A stretch of 64,000 nucleotides of DNA, from NCBI GenBank assembly GCA_024679065.1, contig JAGIQG010000011.1, positions 4,216,001-4,280,000 of the forward strand. The letters run 5' to 3'. The stretch's first letter is position 1. Every line of letters starts with the position of its first letter. A model generated the notes under the pieces. It was given only the letters and a program-made list of their open reading frames with translations, ran no database searches and had not been told where the DNA came from. Origin of the DNA: Sphyrna mokarran (lineage: Eukaryota). This document shows positions 1 to 11,855 of this stretch, piece by piece. The position numbers and the translations under genes are program-made.

Positions 1-2264
1 TTACGATTTTTCTTACAGGCTGTTGGATAAATAGTTAAGAGACTCAAAAATAGAATGCAGTTATAAACTGAAAAAGACTATTTGACAATAGAGTTGATAG
101 TTGAAATATGACTGCTTAAACTCAGAGTGAAATATCAACAACTGTCAGTGTCCTATTAGGCCTGGTTTTGAATCAAACTATTAGAATAAGTATTACTAAT
201 TCAATCCTCACTGATAGCTTAATAATTTGCCAGAAATACAAAATCACAAAATGCATCTGGTTCTATAAATAAAAGAATAAAATATGTAGTTATTCCCTTT
301 GATTATTAGAACGTTATTACAATGTATAAAATAACACTATCGTATGAGAATGAAATAAAATACTTTCAAAAATACTAGCAACCAGGAATATGATTTATAG
401 TTCTATTTGTTTTAGAGGCAAACTTAAAAATTCTAATTCCATTAACTATATTTCAAGCATGGCAAACAATATCAGTAATATCCAAACTGCATCTGTGAAT
501 GGTTTCATTTCAGTTAGTTCAAAACAATGACTCCAATTGTAAATATTAGATCCAGGTTTAAGACTCAAAAAACCTGTTGTGGTCAAACAAGGAGGCAAAA
601 AGAGGGAAGCCATTTAACCCCTCAGCTGTCATCCTCAGGCAATCCTAAAAGATTGTCATACTATAGAAACGTAGTTAAGTAAGAAACACAGGATACATTT
701 TATGTAGCTTGTCACATGCTGACAATACTGACCAACAATAACAGTGAATCAGAACAAGTAAGGGAACCTAATTATGATTGATAACTCAAACTTGAAATAG
801 TTAATGCTGTTGATGTAGATGTTCCCAAAAGAAGAAACTAGAATTATACCTAACAAACCTTATGGGAACTATGTTTAAAGACTATTTTGTGTCCAAAAAA
901 AACCATAAATTAAAATTTATTAATGTCAACTTCCAGTGCAGTAGGAATATTGCTATTGTGCCAAAATCCTGTGATTTGAACATGGTTGAGTGAGCAATCT
1001 GCAATTTTCATTCCTGAATATCTGTAGAAAAGCTGTTTATAATCCAAACAATTGATTGAATCATTTAAGTCAGCCCTGAACTTAATTGGCAAATAATTTA
1101 TTCATAAAAACTGAAATATACACAAAAACAAATACTTTATAAGTATTTATTTAAAAATAGCAAAAATCTAATCTATCCACAACTATCAGCGCTGTTAGAA
1201 ACAATTCATTGGGGTATTATGCCAAAATAGCAATTATTCATATGAACCTCACCAAAGAATGTAATCAATTTGACCAAGATGGAGTTCACAACTGAGTTTT
1301 TTATAGTTTGGTACCAATACCTGCACACTTACAGTAATGAGAATCAGGTAACCTTGGCCTAGGTCTTCTCCCTAACTCAAGGAATGTAAGCCAATTGTAA
1401 TGCATCATCTACTTTTATATTTTTTATCTAACGGTATAAATATGAGAATGTAATAGTAACTTTTCTGTCTCAGCTATATGCTAGATGAATCATCATTAGG
1501 CTGGATTCATAAAAGTTGGAAAACATTTATAAAGAATGACTGACAGTTGCAAATACAGAATGCAAATAGTAAGTCTAGGGACAGGTGAAAGATTGTGTGG
1601 ATGAGTCTGATTCAATAGAATAACTTACTGTTAAGAGTAAACAAAGTGGGACAACTTTGTGAAATTAAATTGATCTTTTCTGACTTTCCAATTACAAAGA
1701 AACATAAAATGCAGCAATTATAGAAGTCTTTTTGAATCTGTGAAAACACTAGAAACAATTATTCATTCACTAGCAACAAAATAATAAAACAGCTGTCATG
1801 ATCACACATCACAACAAGAGGACAATATTTGTGCACCCAGGGCAGATAACGTGAGAGCATTATACGAGTCTCTTTAATGTGCAAAATCGCAGATTTATAA
1901 CCGGAATCAGTGAGACAGCTGCCAAATTTAAATGCACGCTAGTGCTTATTGGTGTGCATTTAAGTGTTTATTTTCAGGGTTGTTACCATCAAGTAGGAGA
2001 ACTTACAAGGAGTGTTTAGGCAATCCCTGGTCCCCCTCCAGTAAATTACAAACGTGATGGGCTATTTGACTACTAGGGGCATTATGGCACAGACTGCGCT
2101 GTGGCCCCCCTCCCCCTCCATCCAAAATGGTGGTGATGGAGGGGGGCACCAGGGACTAAACAACAAGACCGCTCCCCCATCCCCGGCAGGACCCAAGGCT
2201 ATCAAACAACAAGTGAAGTGACATCGCCACACCATAACCCGAGCCTCCGTATGCCTCTTCCTAC

Positions 2265-2330
2265 CTGCTCTGCCGCCCTTCCGCCGGCTGGTTTCGCCGC
2301 CACACTCCGGGAGCCACACCGTCCAACCGC
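2265..2330 (-). other. Probable non-coding first exon of a divergent (head-to-head) transcript; gene not identified
   Basis: CpG-rich segment ending in a minus-strand donor CAG|GTAGGA (intron starts at 2264), directly beside an NRF1 motif array; no ATG in the segment. The 5' boundary is a guess. Confidence 0.5.
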
Positions 2331-2427
2331 CAGTTCGGCGTCACGGCGCATGCGCTCAATCGCCAGCTTGGCACCGAAGCGCATGCGTCCAAATGCGAGC
2401 TCGGCACCACCGCGCGTGCGTCCCCCG
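2329..2427. repeat. 3 x 33-bp degenerate tandem repeat, each unit with an NRF1-type motif
   Basis: GCGCATGCGC at 2346, GCGCATGCGT at 2379, GCGCGTGCGT at 2412; units begin GCCAGTTCGGC / GCCAGCTTGGC / GCGAGCTCGGC. Confidence 0.8.
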
Positions 2428-2842
2428 TTCAGGTAAACTCAGTGTCACCACGCTGCAACATTCAACACTTTCACAGGAAAGAGACAGGACGGACACAGGG
2501 GAAAAAAAAAGCAACTGAACAGAAAAAAAAAACTCCACGTAAATCACTTTGCAGAACTTTTTAATATTAGGTCTAGAAAATAGAACTGTTAAAAAATCTC
2601 AAAGCAATAACTTACAATTTATCCGAATCTGTGGTTGATGGATAAGGTAAATATAAATTCAAAGCCTCACTTTCGATTAATTTGATTTTTTTTAAAAAAA
2701 CAAGAAATAAATAAACAGCCGCTCTTAAAGTGGCTGGTAACGCTGTAAAGTCGTTGATATGAAGGTTCGCGTGTTTCTGTTGTACGACTGTGAGAAGTGC
2801 GACGTTGCGGCTGCGCACTGCAGCATTGCCGGGTCCGGACAG

Positions 2843-3420
2843 GGTGGGGCTGAGGGGGAGGGGTCCCGGGCTGGGGCGGAGGGGGAGGGGCCCCGGGCGG
2901 AGGGGGAGGGGCCCCGGGCGGAGGGGGCGGGGCTCCAGGCTGGTGTGGGGCGGGGCCCTCGGCTAGGGGAGGGTCTCCGGCTGGTGTGGGGCGGGGCTCT
3001 AGGCTGGTGTGGTAGGGAGGGCCCGAGTCGTTCATTGTGGGGGGGAAGCTCCGGGCTGCTCTGCTGGGGGGAGGGGGGAGGGGGAGGGGCTGCGGGCTTG
3101 TGTGGAGAGGGACGCCGGGCTGGGTATGGAGGGCGGGGCTCCGTGCAGGAGCACGGGCTGGGTTGGGGGAGGAGCTCCGGCTGGGGGGCGGGCTCTGGGC
3201 TGGCTGTTTGTGGGGGGCTGGGCTTGTATGCTGGGGGAGGGGGGGAAGGGTTCCCGGGCTGGTTTTTATGGGGGGGCTGGGCTTGTACGCTGGGGGAGGG
3301 GCTCCGGGCTGGTGTGTGTGTGTGGGAGGGGGAAGGGCTTTGGGCTGGGGGAGGAGCTCCGGGCTCGGGTGCGGGGGGCGGGGCTCCGGGCTGGAGTGGG
3401 GGAGGGGCTCTAGGGGCGGA
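2843..3420 (+). repeat. G-rich minisatellite (GGGGAGGGGCTCCGGGCTGG-like units) with GC boxes and G-quadruplex potential
   Basis: Many degenerate copies of G-run + CTCCGGGCTG; several GGGGCGGGGC Sp/KLF sites; extreme G-skew on the + strand. Confidence 0.85.
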
Positions 3421-3433
3421 TTAGCTGCCGCTG

Positions 3434-3442
3434 AAGATGGCG
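3434..3442 (+). promoter_or_regulatory. YY1-type motif overlapping the ARMC8 start codon
   Basis: AAGATGGCG matches the YY1 core consensus, a common arrangement at housekeeping-gene start codons. Confidence 0.55.
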
Positions 3443-3481
3443 TGTCTGTTGGAGGCCCCGATGCGGATGAGCGTGCTCTCG
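3437..3481 (+). CDS. ARMC8: Armadillo repeat-containing protein 8 (GID5), coding exon 1
   Basis: MACLLEAPMRMSVLS, matching the recalled vertebrate ARMC8 N-terminus (MACLLETPIRMSVLS); donor GTGAGT at 3482; 45 nt. Confidence 0.95.
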
Positions 3482-3953
3482 GTGAGTATGTAAACCCCCT
3501 CCACTCCGCATTGAGTCAGTCTCCTCAGGCGTAGCTGTCAGCTTAAAGCCAAGGGCTGCCATGTCTGCTGTGAGCAGGGTGTTCCCCTGCCTTGGCTTCA
3601 GCTCACCGCCTTTACTGTTCGAGTCTCCGGGAATATGGGCATGCTGCAGCTCCCGGCTTGGGCCTGATATTTACTGTAAACCTTCCTCTTTCTAAAGTAC
3701 AAACCACCGACCCTGCCGACATTTCACTCATTGTTTACTATTAGATATGCAATATTTTTGTGAAAGGTTGTATGTAATTAAGCGCTTTTGATTTTTATTT
3801 TTATGTATATTTTTTAATTGGAAAGGAAACCTATTTTCTCGTATTTACACACTTGCTATTCTACAGCGCTCATTCTCAAAGAATTGCAGTTCCTTTAATT
3901 CAGAAAGGAGTAACTGATAAGAGTAGAAACAGAAAGTGCTGAAAAAAAAACTC

Positions 3954-4055
3954 CGGTTGGATTTAAATCGATTTTGAATCAGTTGGATTTTAAACTGGTG
4001 TTGTGAGACTTCTTACTGTGTTTACCCCAGTCCAACGCCGGCATCTCTACATCAG
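3954..4055 (+). mobile_element. Short Penelope-like 3' terminus insertion with a 13-bp TSD
   Basis: Shares ...GTTTACCCCAGTCCAACGCCGGCATCTCTACATCA with the copies at 5461, 24449 and 47426; TSD GAAAAAAAAACTC (3941-3953) / GAAAACAAAACTC (4056-4068). Confidence 0.75.
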
Positions 4056-4584
4056 GAAAACAAAACTCAGCAGGTTTTGTAGTATCAGTGGGGAGAGAAA
4101 CAGATAAGAGTCCAATGATTCTTCGCAACTTGTTTAGACATTTATAGTTCAGAAGTAGCCCATTCTGCCTATCAAATCCATGCCAAATAATTCAGTGTGT
4201 ACCTACTCCCTGGCATTATTTCACTAGACTTGCAAATTTATTTCCCTAAAATACCCATCCAATCTCCTGAAATTATTTATTGCCCCTGCTTTCAGCATTC
4301 TCGCGGGCAACGAGTCCCCTTAACGCTCGCTGTGTTTTTAAAAAAAAGTCCTTCCTCACATTTCTTAAAAAATCATAGTTTTATTTCACAAAACCATTTT
4401 CTCTATGTATGTATTTACTAAATAATTGAAAAACAAAGTGGTGTTCAGCTTTTTGCAACTTAAGTTCAAATTTCTTTGAAAAAAGTTCAGCTGATCTATT
4501 GAAACTTAAACCATAGGCTGAGTGAAGTTTGAAATTAAACCTATATAAGAACAAAGATGTTGTCTTTCTGAAGGCAATTTTGGT

Positions 4585-4735
4585 CCGATCTCTAAAGTGG
4601 AAGTAAAAGACTTCTTGGCACTGTTGGAAATTAGCTGGATAGTTCTCCCCGTTGTCCAGGCTAATAGTTATCCCTGAGCCAACATCTAAAACAGATTATC
4701 AAAGGCAAATTATCCTTCCTTGTTAACTTGCCTGC
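4585..4735 (+). mobile_element. Deu-domain SINE fragment
   Basis: Similar to the middle of the SINE at 19341-19735 (gttctccccgttgtccaggctaatagttatccc...aaaacagattatc). Confidence 0.55.
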
Positions 4736-4904
4736 AATATATCCCACCATCCTCTTGCAATGCCTCTTTGTGCCGAACTCTAATTCATTCTTATCTATTT
4801 ATTTGTAGTCAGAGAATTGCAATCAGTGGCTTTTCTTCCTATTCCTTTGCAGTCCCCCAACAACTTATACTTGACCCATCCACTCTATCCCATATGTTAG
4901 AAAC

Positions 4905-6180
4905 AAGAAGGTAGCTAGAAAAAGAGTTGGTCCACTTAAGGGCAAAGGAGGGAAATTATGCATAGAACCAAAAGAAGTGGGTGAGATCCTTAATGAATAC
5001 TTTGCATTGATATTCACAAAGGAAAGGGACATATCAATTTATGGTGCCTTGGATGGATATGTAAATCCTTTAGATCAAGTCATGTAAAGCTGGAGTACCA
5101 GATAGTGATAAAAAAATCATCAGAGAATTCAGCAGGATATAGATAAACTGGAAAATTGGGCTGAAAAATGGCACATGGAATTTATTCCAGACAAAGGTGA
5201 TGCATTTTGATGGATCCAATTCAGTGGAAAGCTATAAAATAAATGGCAGAACCATCAAGCACATAGACATATTGATAGATCTGGGAGTACAGGTTCATAG
5301 CTTCTTAAAAGTAGTAGCACAGGTGGAAAAGGTGGTGAAGAAAGCACATGGTACGCTTGCCTTCATTGGCCAGGACATCGAGTATAAAAATTGGCACGTA
5401 TGTTAGCCATATAAAACTTTGGTTAAGCCACATTTGGAATACTGTGTTCAATTTTGGTCATGATGTGGAGATGCCAGCGTTGGACTCGGGTAAACACAGT
5501 AAGTAGTCTCACGACACCAGGTTAAAGTCCATCAGGTTTATTTGGTAGTAAACGTCATTAGCTTTTGGGGTTTGCCCCTTCGTAGGGTGCATTGTTAGAA
5601 TCACCCTTTGTGAGGTGAGTGGGGAGTTCTGACCACAGAGCATATAAAGGCACACACTCAGATTACAGAATACTGATTGGCATGCGAGTCTTTATAGTTA
5701 ATCAAATCTTAAAGGCACAGATATTGTGAGTAGAGATAGCATTAAACACAGGTTAAAGAGATGTGTATTGTCTCCAGACAGGACAGTAAGTGAGATGTTG
5801 CAAGCCAAGTAAGTCATGGGCATTGCAGACAATGTGACATGAACCCAAGATTCCGGTTGAGACTGTCTTCGTATGTGTGGAACTTGGCTATCAGTCTCTG
5901 CTCAGCAACTCTGCGCTGTCATATGTCGTGAAGACTGCCTTGGAGAATGTTTACCTGAAGATCAGAGGCCGAATGCCCATGACTGTTCCCTTCTGTCAGG
6001 GCCTGGAATGCAATGGGAGGTGGTTTAGATAGACATGTTAGTGACATTTAAGTCTTATTAGGATAGATACATGAACAGGTGGAGAATAGATGGATACAGG
6101 CGGTGGGACTGAATGGAAAACATAATTGGTGCAGGCTTGGTGGTTGAAGGGCCTGTTCCTGAGCTGTTGTTCCTTGTTCT
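4905..6180 (+). mobile_element. Decayed CR1-type LINE (ORF2 fragments and 3' end), interrupted by a Penelope element
   Basis: Translated remnants QQDIDKLENWAEKWHMEF, DLGVQVHSFLK, LVKPHLEYCVQFW; CR1-type 3' tail gaagggcctgttcctgagctgttg. Confidence 0.85.
5461..5985 (-). mobile_element. Penelope-like element 3' portion (end of GIY-YIG endonuclease plus terminal repeat)
   Basis: Minus strand reads GHSASDLQVNILQG..QRRVAEQRLIAKFHT..LNRNLGFMSH, the typical end of a Penelope-type GIY-YIG domain; followed by the shared terminal repeat. Confidence 0.8.
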
Positions 6181-6189
6181 CACCGACTT

Positions 6190-6965
6190 GCTACCTCCTA
6201 GGTGCCAGCTTCCAAAAACATGTCTGTTTCTACATGTAAGGTGACAATGCCCAGCTCTACCTCATCAACAGCTCTCTTGACCCCTTTACTGCTCCCAAAT
6301 TATTAGACTGTTTATTCAACACCTAGTACTGGATGAGCATAAATTCCTTCAATTAAATATTTGAAATATTGAAACCATCCATTGCCTTTGGGCTCACCAT
6401 AAACTCTGTTCCCAGTGCCCTCCCTAACAGTTGTTTGAGGCTGAACCAGAGTGTTTACAACAAGTAATGTTTGACCCCAAGATGATCTTCCTTTACTAAA
6501 GCTGCCTATTCCATAACATTATCACTTGGCTCATCTGCTGCAGATGTCCTCATCTGTGTATTTGTCATCTCTCAGAATCCTTCAGAAATGGCTTGATTCT
6601 GAAATTCTCATTTTATATTCCTCAATGGTTTGGTTCTCCCTGTTCTCCAACATATGTGTTAATTTCAGCCTCTTGAGCATCTCCAATTTTATTTGTTCCA
6701 CCTTTGGTGGCCGTGCCCACAGCTCTGGAATTCACTCCATAGGGCTGGCCCAAACATGATGAGGTTCTGTGCTTGTGACCATTTTATGGTTCTAAATCTC
6801 ACTTTCTCTACATCTTGTTTTCCTTCTTTAATACACTCCTTAATTTACATCTTTGACCAAGCTTTTGATCATTTGCCCTGATATCTCTATGTATTTTAAT
6901 GTTGTGTTTTTGCTTTATAATGCCTCTGTAAAGAGTCTTAGACATCTGTGTTAAAGGCGCTATGC
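6190..6965 (+). mobile_element. Old L2-like LINE 3' fragment
   Basis: ccacctttggtggccgtgcc...ctctggaattcactcc and ...aaaggcgctat tail; related copy at about 16520-16885. Confidence 0.55.
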
Positions 6966-7429
6966 TGTCCTTGACCAGCTAGATTGGGAACCTTGCTATA
7001 TACAAATTGGCTGTCATGTTTCTATATTGCAACAGTATGGTTCAAAAGTACAATAATAACTGTGAAGAGCTGAGTCCTGAGGTTGTGAATGGTGCTATGT
7101 AAAAGTCTTTTTTGTAGTTAAATATATTTATGTTCCTGCAAGTTTTGAGGAGTGTTAGTTATTACTAATAAGCTGATTTATCAGCCTATATTAAGGTGGC
7201 ATTTTGTAATAATATTGGGCTCCATTTAAATAATTTCATGTTTTCAGTGGAGAAAATAAACAATTAGATTTTTTAGCTTTTTGCAAACATTTCAGTTTGG
7301 CATTACTGTGTTAGCAAAATAAATAAATATAACATAAACATCTAGTGTTTTGAGATTCCCCCTATCAACTGTTTGCTGGTGGCAAAAAACACTGTTTACA
7401 GGCTATATAGTGGAGATGAGGATTGCTTG

Positions 7430-7708
7430 ATTTAATTATTAATGTACAATTGGCTTACATTAACACTGCAATGAAGTAACTTTGAAAATTCCCTAGCCGC
7501 CACACTCCAGTGTCTGTTCAGGTACATTGAGGGAGAATTTGGCACGGCCAGTGCACCTAACCAGAACATCTTTTGGACTGTGGGAAGAAACTCGTACAGT
7601 CACAGGGTGAACTGAGTGTGTGAGTGCAGACTTCACACACTCAGTAATCCAAGCTGGGAATTGAATCCTGGTACTGTGAGGCAGCTGTGCTAACCACTGT
7701 GCCACTGG
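7430..7708 (-). mobile_element. V-SINE (HE1-like head and body, alternative tail)
   Basis: Minus-strand tRNA-like head gtggcacagtggttagcacagctgcctcacag...ggattcaattccc; tail shared with the copies at 24071 and 27133. Confidence 0.8.
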
Positions 7709-9948
7709 TTGCAGCTGTGCTGCTTCAGGATTTTGTAGGCCCACATTTCCCAGCTCAGGATTTCTGAAATTTTGACTATGACCTAGCTTTTTTTCTGATG
7801 CCAGGCCTTGACCAGTTAGATTGGGAACAGATTCAGCTTGACTGTTATAAATTATCTAAATTATGGAGCAAAGGGATTTGAAGATTGGAGCAGCTTTAAT
7901 TGACTTTAATTAGCCTCAGTCCTTCAAGTTAGAGAAAGGAAAGTTGACTGCAATTTTAACCTGTGATTGGCTTTGCAGTTGAATGGGCAGTTAGTCATTT
8001 GGAGAGCAGATGCAGACACAGTGGGCTGAATGACCTCTTGCGCTCTCAGTCATCAAAGTACTGTCTTAGATAATAGCATTTTGGGAAGGTGGTTGTGGAA
8101 CATGTATGCCTGCAAATAAATTTCTTAGTAAAGAAAGAGAGCAGGTTTCAGAAAAGCAAGTTATATCTTGTAAATGTTGATCCCTAGCTCTTTAATCTGA
8201 ACCAACTGTAATATTCAAACTCAATGCATAGTATTATAATGCCACATTTCTGCCATATGGAACACTAAACACACTGATAAGAGAGGATTAATTTATTTAT
8301 ACATTAAGTTGTACAGCTTTTGAAATGTTTCTACTACTTACTTTTGATGCAAGCTTACTTTATGCCATGATATATTCACAGTAAAGAAAAGGTATGAGCT
8401 GTTTCCTTTCTATCATTCATTGTCAATGGGTCAATATAAGATAAAACACTGGTTAATGCATTTTTATTATTGAACTTCCTTAGTAACACATTGTGATTTC
8501 TAATAGAATATTGATTAAAATTATATAAATGTGATTTTGACTATTGAGAGACATTTGGTATTTTTACAACATTGTTGAAGTTCACACATGTTCTTTCTGA
8601 AATAGAGATTATGCAATGCAGTTCTGATGCACAAGGATATTTATTATTTTATGTAGAAAAGAAAATAGCAATATTTGTAAAATAATCTTCCAGTAAACCA
8701 TTGTTTAGTTGAAGTTCAGCATAAAGTTGCTGATTACAGTTCAGGAACCTGATTACAATTGCTCAGCTCTCTCCAGTTGTGGAATGTATCATTCGCTTTC
8801 AAAAGGATACACAATCTAACAAGCCACCCAAATACTGACTATTAATGGGCCTGCTTTGAATTCTAAGTCGGAATGATTGAGTTTTCTTTGCAGAGTAAAT
8901 ATTGCTGATTGAGCAAGCTTTCAGCATTTTCAGTTATCTTGATAACGCAAAAGGAATGAAGTTTAATGTTGTAATTCTTCATTAGAAAGTATCTTAAAAA
9001 CCTGTTATTTGCACTGTAGAAACTCATTTTAGCTCTGTTTAAGTGATTGCAATTTACTTGCTTAATTCTTGAGGCACTGTTTCTAAAAATAAGGAGCAAG
9101 CTGCTTTCCAGTGCAGATTTTAAGGATCTCTCTTTTGGTGGTCATTGTCACTTAATTCTGCAGTTTCTTGATTTTCTCACTACAGAACAGCAATACAGTG
9201 GAACTCTGAGTATAATAATGAAGGTAAGAAAAAGGTGCAATAAAACAATTAATAAAATTACCATAAATTGTTGTATTATATATTGGTAGGAACATACCAG
9301 TTTGTTTTTGGGTCATATCAGAGAGCATGAGAGATGCCCTAGGTGTGATAAATATGAGAATTTGCTAAAATTAATTACAAGCCAATCATTTTTTACTTAA
9401 TATGGTCTAAGGGGTAAATTGGCTATTTCGCAGAGTTGCTCCAACTTTTTGTGGTTGGACCCAGCTGTAATACAATAAGGAGTTAGAATACTGCCGAGAT
9501 ATAAAATATAATCAGGATGAACGAATAATTACTAGAAGAGTTCAGACATCATTTTACTGTTCCGCCACATTGGCATAGTGATTGGAAGTGTCAGGATGAT
9601 TCATTTCTTTCTAATTGGCATTGGTCATACCTGTGTACAATATACCTGGCACTATGATGTCTTCAAATCGATAAATGACATTGCAGTTACTCCTGGGATA
9701 ATTTGATTGTTAAATGACCAGTGTGTTATATGGAACATAAATGGGTACGTGGGAAGTGTGGCACGATATTTATATGGCTGCTGTGTTTGTAATAAAGTGC
9801 AAAGCAAGACAACAAAGCAAGATTTGTTGTATGTTGTATTGTGTAATGTGGTCTTTGTTGTGGTATAATGTAAAATATTTTCTGCTACATCTCCAGTACA
9901 GTAACATGAAAGAGGAAATGTGTTACAAACTCCCACCAAAATCTAATT

Positions 9949-10345
9949 ATAGAATCATAGAATTGTTATAGCAGTGGAGGCCAAACGATATGACGTGTCC
10001 ATGCTGAAAGAACTAGTCCTATTCTGCCATCTTTTCCCAGGCCCAGCAGATTTTCTCATGTGCATTTCCATTCCCCTTTAGAAAGTTACAATTGCATCTA
10101 CTTCCACCATACTCAGGCTGTGCATTCCAGAATCTAACAACCTCATTGTATAAAAATGTTTTTCGTCGTGTCACCATTGAATCTTATTGCAGTTGCCTTA
10201 AATTGGTGTGTTCTGGTTTTCAACCCTTTCACAAATTGAACAATTACACTCTGTTTACTCTTTCGAGACCCTCTCACAAGTTTGGACACTTTTATCAAAT
10301 CTCTCAATCTTTTCTTCTCCATTATGTTCACAGTCCAATATAAGT
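9949..10345 (-). mobile_element. Decayed CR1 LINE 3' end
   Basis: Begins with the (ATAGAATC)n tail; pyrimidine-rich antisense CR1 3' region. Confidence 0.65.
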
Positions 10346-10423
10346 TAACTATTTTCACAAGAATTAATGAATGGGCTTGAGCTGTGAAGATTAAGTGCAA
10401 GTGTAAATGACTGAAGGCTAGGG

Positions 10424-10821
10424 CAGGGCTACTCAAACTGGGTGTGAGACAAGATTTTGAGGTTGTGAGCTCTGAAGTAGTAATGGATGCTGTGGCACTA
10501 AAACTGACATTGTGAGGCTCCTCTAAATCCTTGCTTTTTTATTATTGGTGGGCACAGCATAATTGACTGCCCTCTTGAGGCCCCAATTGCTGATTCAAAA
10601 AAAAAGCCTGTAAATAGGTACAAGTATTGATTTTTCTTTTGCGTAGAGAAAAACTTACTACCCATTATGAGGAAGGTGGAAGATGGGGTAGGAGAAAGTT
10701 AATGAGAGAGGCATGATCAATGCCTTAACCCCCCAACTTCAAATTTTTATCCTGGGGTGGCCACACGAAATCTGAGATATTTCAAATTGGTCACACTGGA
10801 GAAAAAGTTTGGGAAGCACTA
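10424..10821. mobile_element. Non-autonomous hAT (Charlie-like) DNA transposon
   Basis: Degenerate TIRs CAGGGCTACTCAAACT / AGTTTGGGAAGCACTA; 8-bp TSD GGCTAGGG (10416-10423) / GGCTAGGA (10822-10829). Confidence 0.7.
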
Positions 10822-11645
10822 GGCTAGGAACCTGTTTGATACTAGGATGGTGAAGACGTCAAGCTGAAGAAGTCAAGTTAGTGTTTTTATTGCATCCCTT
10901 TTTGAGAAAAGAGGATTTTTCAATCATTTGTTATGTTGGATAGTTGGGAATGGAGCTGGTTTGTGAAAGAAATGTGTTTGACTAGCTGGATTGTCTTATT
11001 TCATGCTCTTTATTTAGCTCAGCAGAGAATTTTAATTTCTCTGAAAATATAAGGCAACGTTGTTCCTGAAGAAACTATTGACATTAATTTGAGTCGTCAG
11101 GTGTTTGTAAAGTTAAGCATTGCTTTTACAGTTTGTAAATCAGATTGAATAATTACAACTCCACTGCATTTAATGTTACTTTTTGTAAACTGGGTTCTTA
11201 GCACTGGTAAAAACACTTGTCAACATAAAAACAACAAATTAAATGAACTAATGTCTGCTATTTAATGCACAAGGGAAGAAATACTCAAAAAGCAGAATTG
11301 AAATTTTGATAATTTTTATTGATTTGAAATATAACTACAGCTTGTGCCTTATTACTATTTATGTGTTTATATTAAAACATATACTGAAATATTGCCTGGC
11401 TCTTGATTACTGTTTTCTAGTAGGACATGGCATATTTTAATAGCTTTAAAACATAGATTGGAGCATGAGCCAGGAGGTAATGAAGTGTTCATTGTATGAA
11501 GGTGTTAAGTTGGGTTAAAATTTCTTTATGTTTCAACATTGGCTTAAAAGATGCTGATGTTTTTTAAAAAAAAAATTTTCAGGTTAGATTAAACATAGTG
11601 AGGTTATATCATTTAGTGAGTACCTTCATAGATTGACTGCGTAAT

Positions 11646-11855
11646 TCCAAAGATATGCAGATTAGGTGAACTGGCCATGCTAAATTTCCTTTAGTATTCT
11701 GAGATGAGCAAGTTAGGAGAATTAATGGGGTAAATGCACGGGGTTACAGGAATAGGGGGGGGGGTGGGTCGAGGCAAAGATGCTCTGTTGGAGAGTAGTG
11801 CAGACTCGATGGACAGAATGGCCTCCTTCTACAGTGTAGGGATTCTGTGATTCTA
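11646..11855 (+). mobile_element. HE1-like SINE, 3' half
   Basis: tccaaagatatgcagattagg...ggccatgctaaatt...gaatggcctccttctacagtgtagggattctgtgattctat. Confidence 0.8.

Larger units (their letters stand above)
2050..3720. promoter_or_regulatory. CpG island / probable bidirectional promoter (two GC-rich blocks separated by an AT-rich spacer at about 2490-2720)
   Basis: High GC and CpG density against an AT-rich, CpG-depleted background; NRF1, GC-box and YY1 motifs; contains the ARMC8 start codon. Confidence 0.85.

Noticed and set aside
910-1021. Minus-strand acceptor followed by ATG AAA ATT GCA (MKIA), recalling the start of DBR1, the human neighbour of ARMC8
   Set aside because: It continues DCSLNH rather than the conserved V.GCCHG metallophosphoesterase motif, and there is no good donor; likely coincidence.
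2667-3534. Long Gly-rich and Pro-rich ORFs (up to 221 aa) on both strands
   Set aside because: By-products of the stop-poor G-rich minisatellite; the real CDS starts at 3437.
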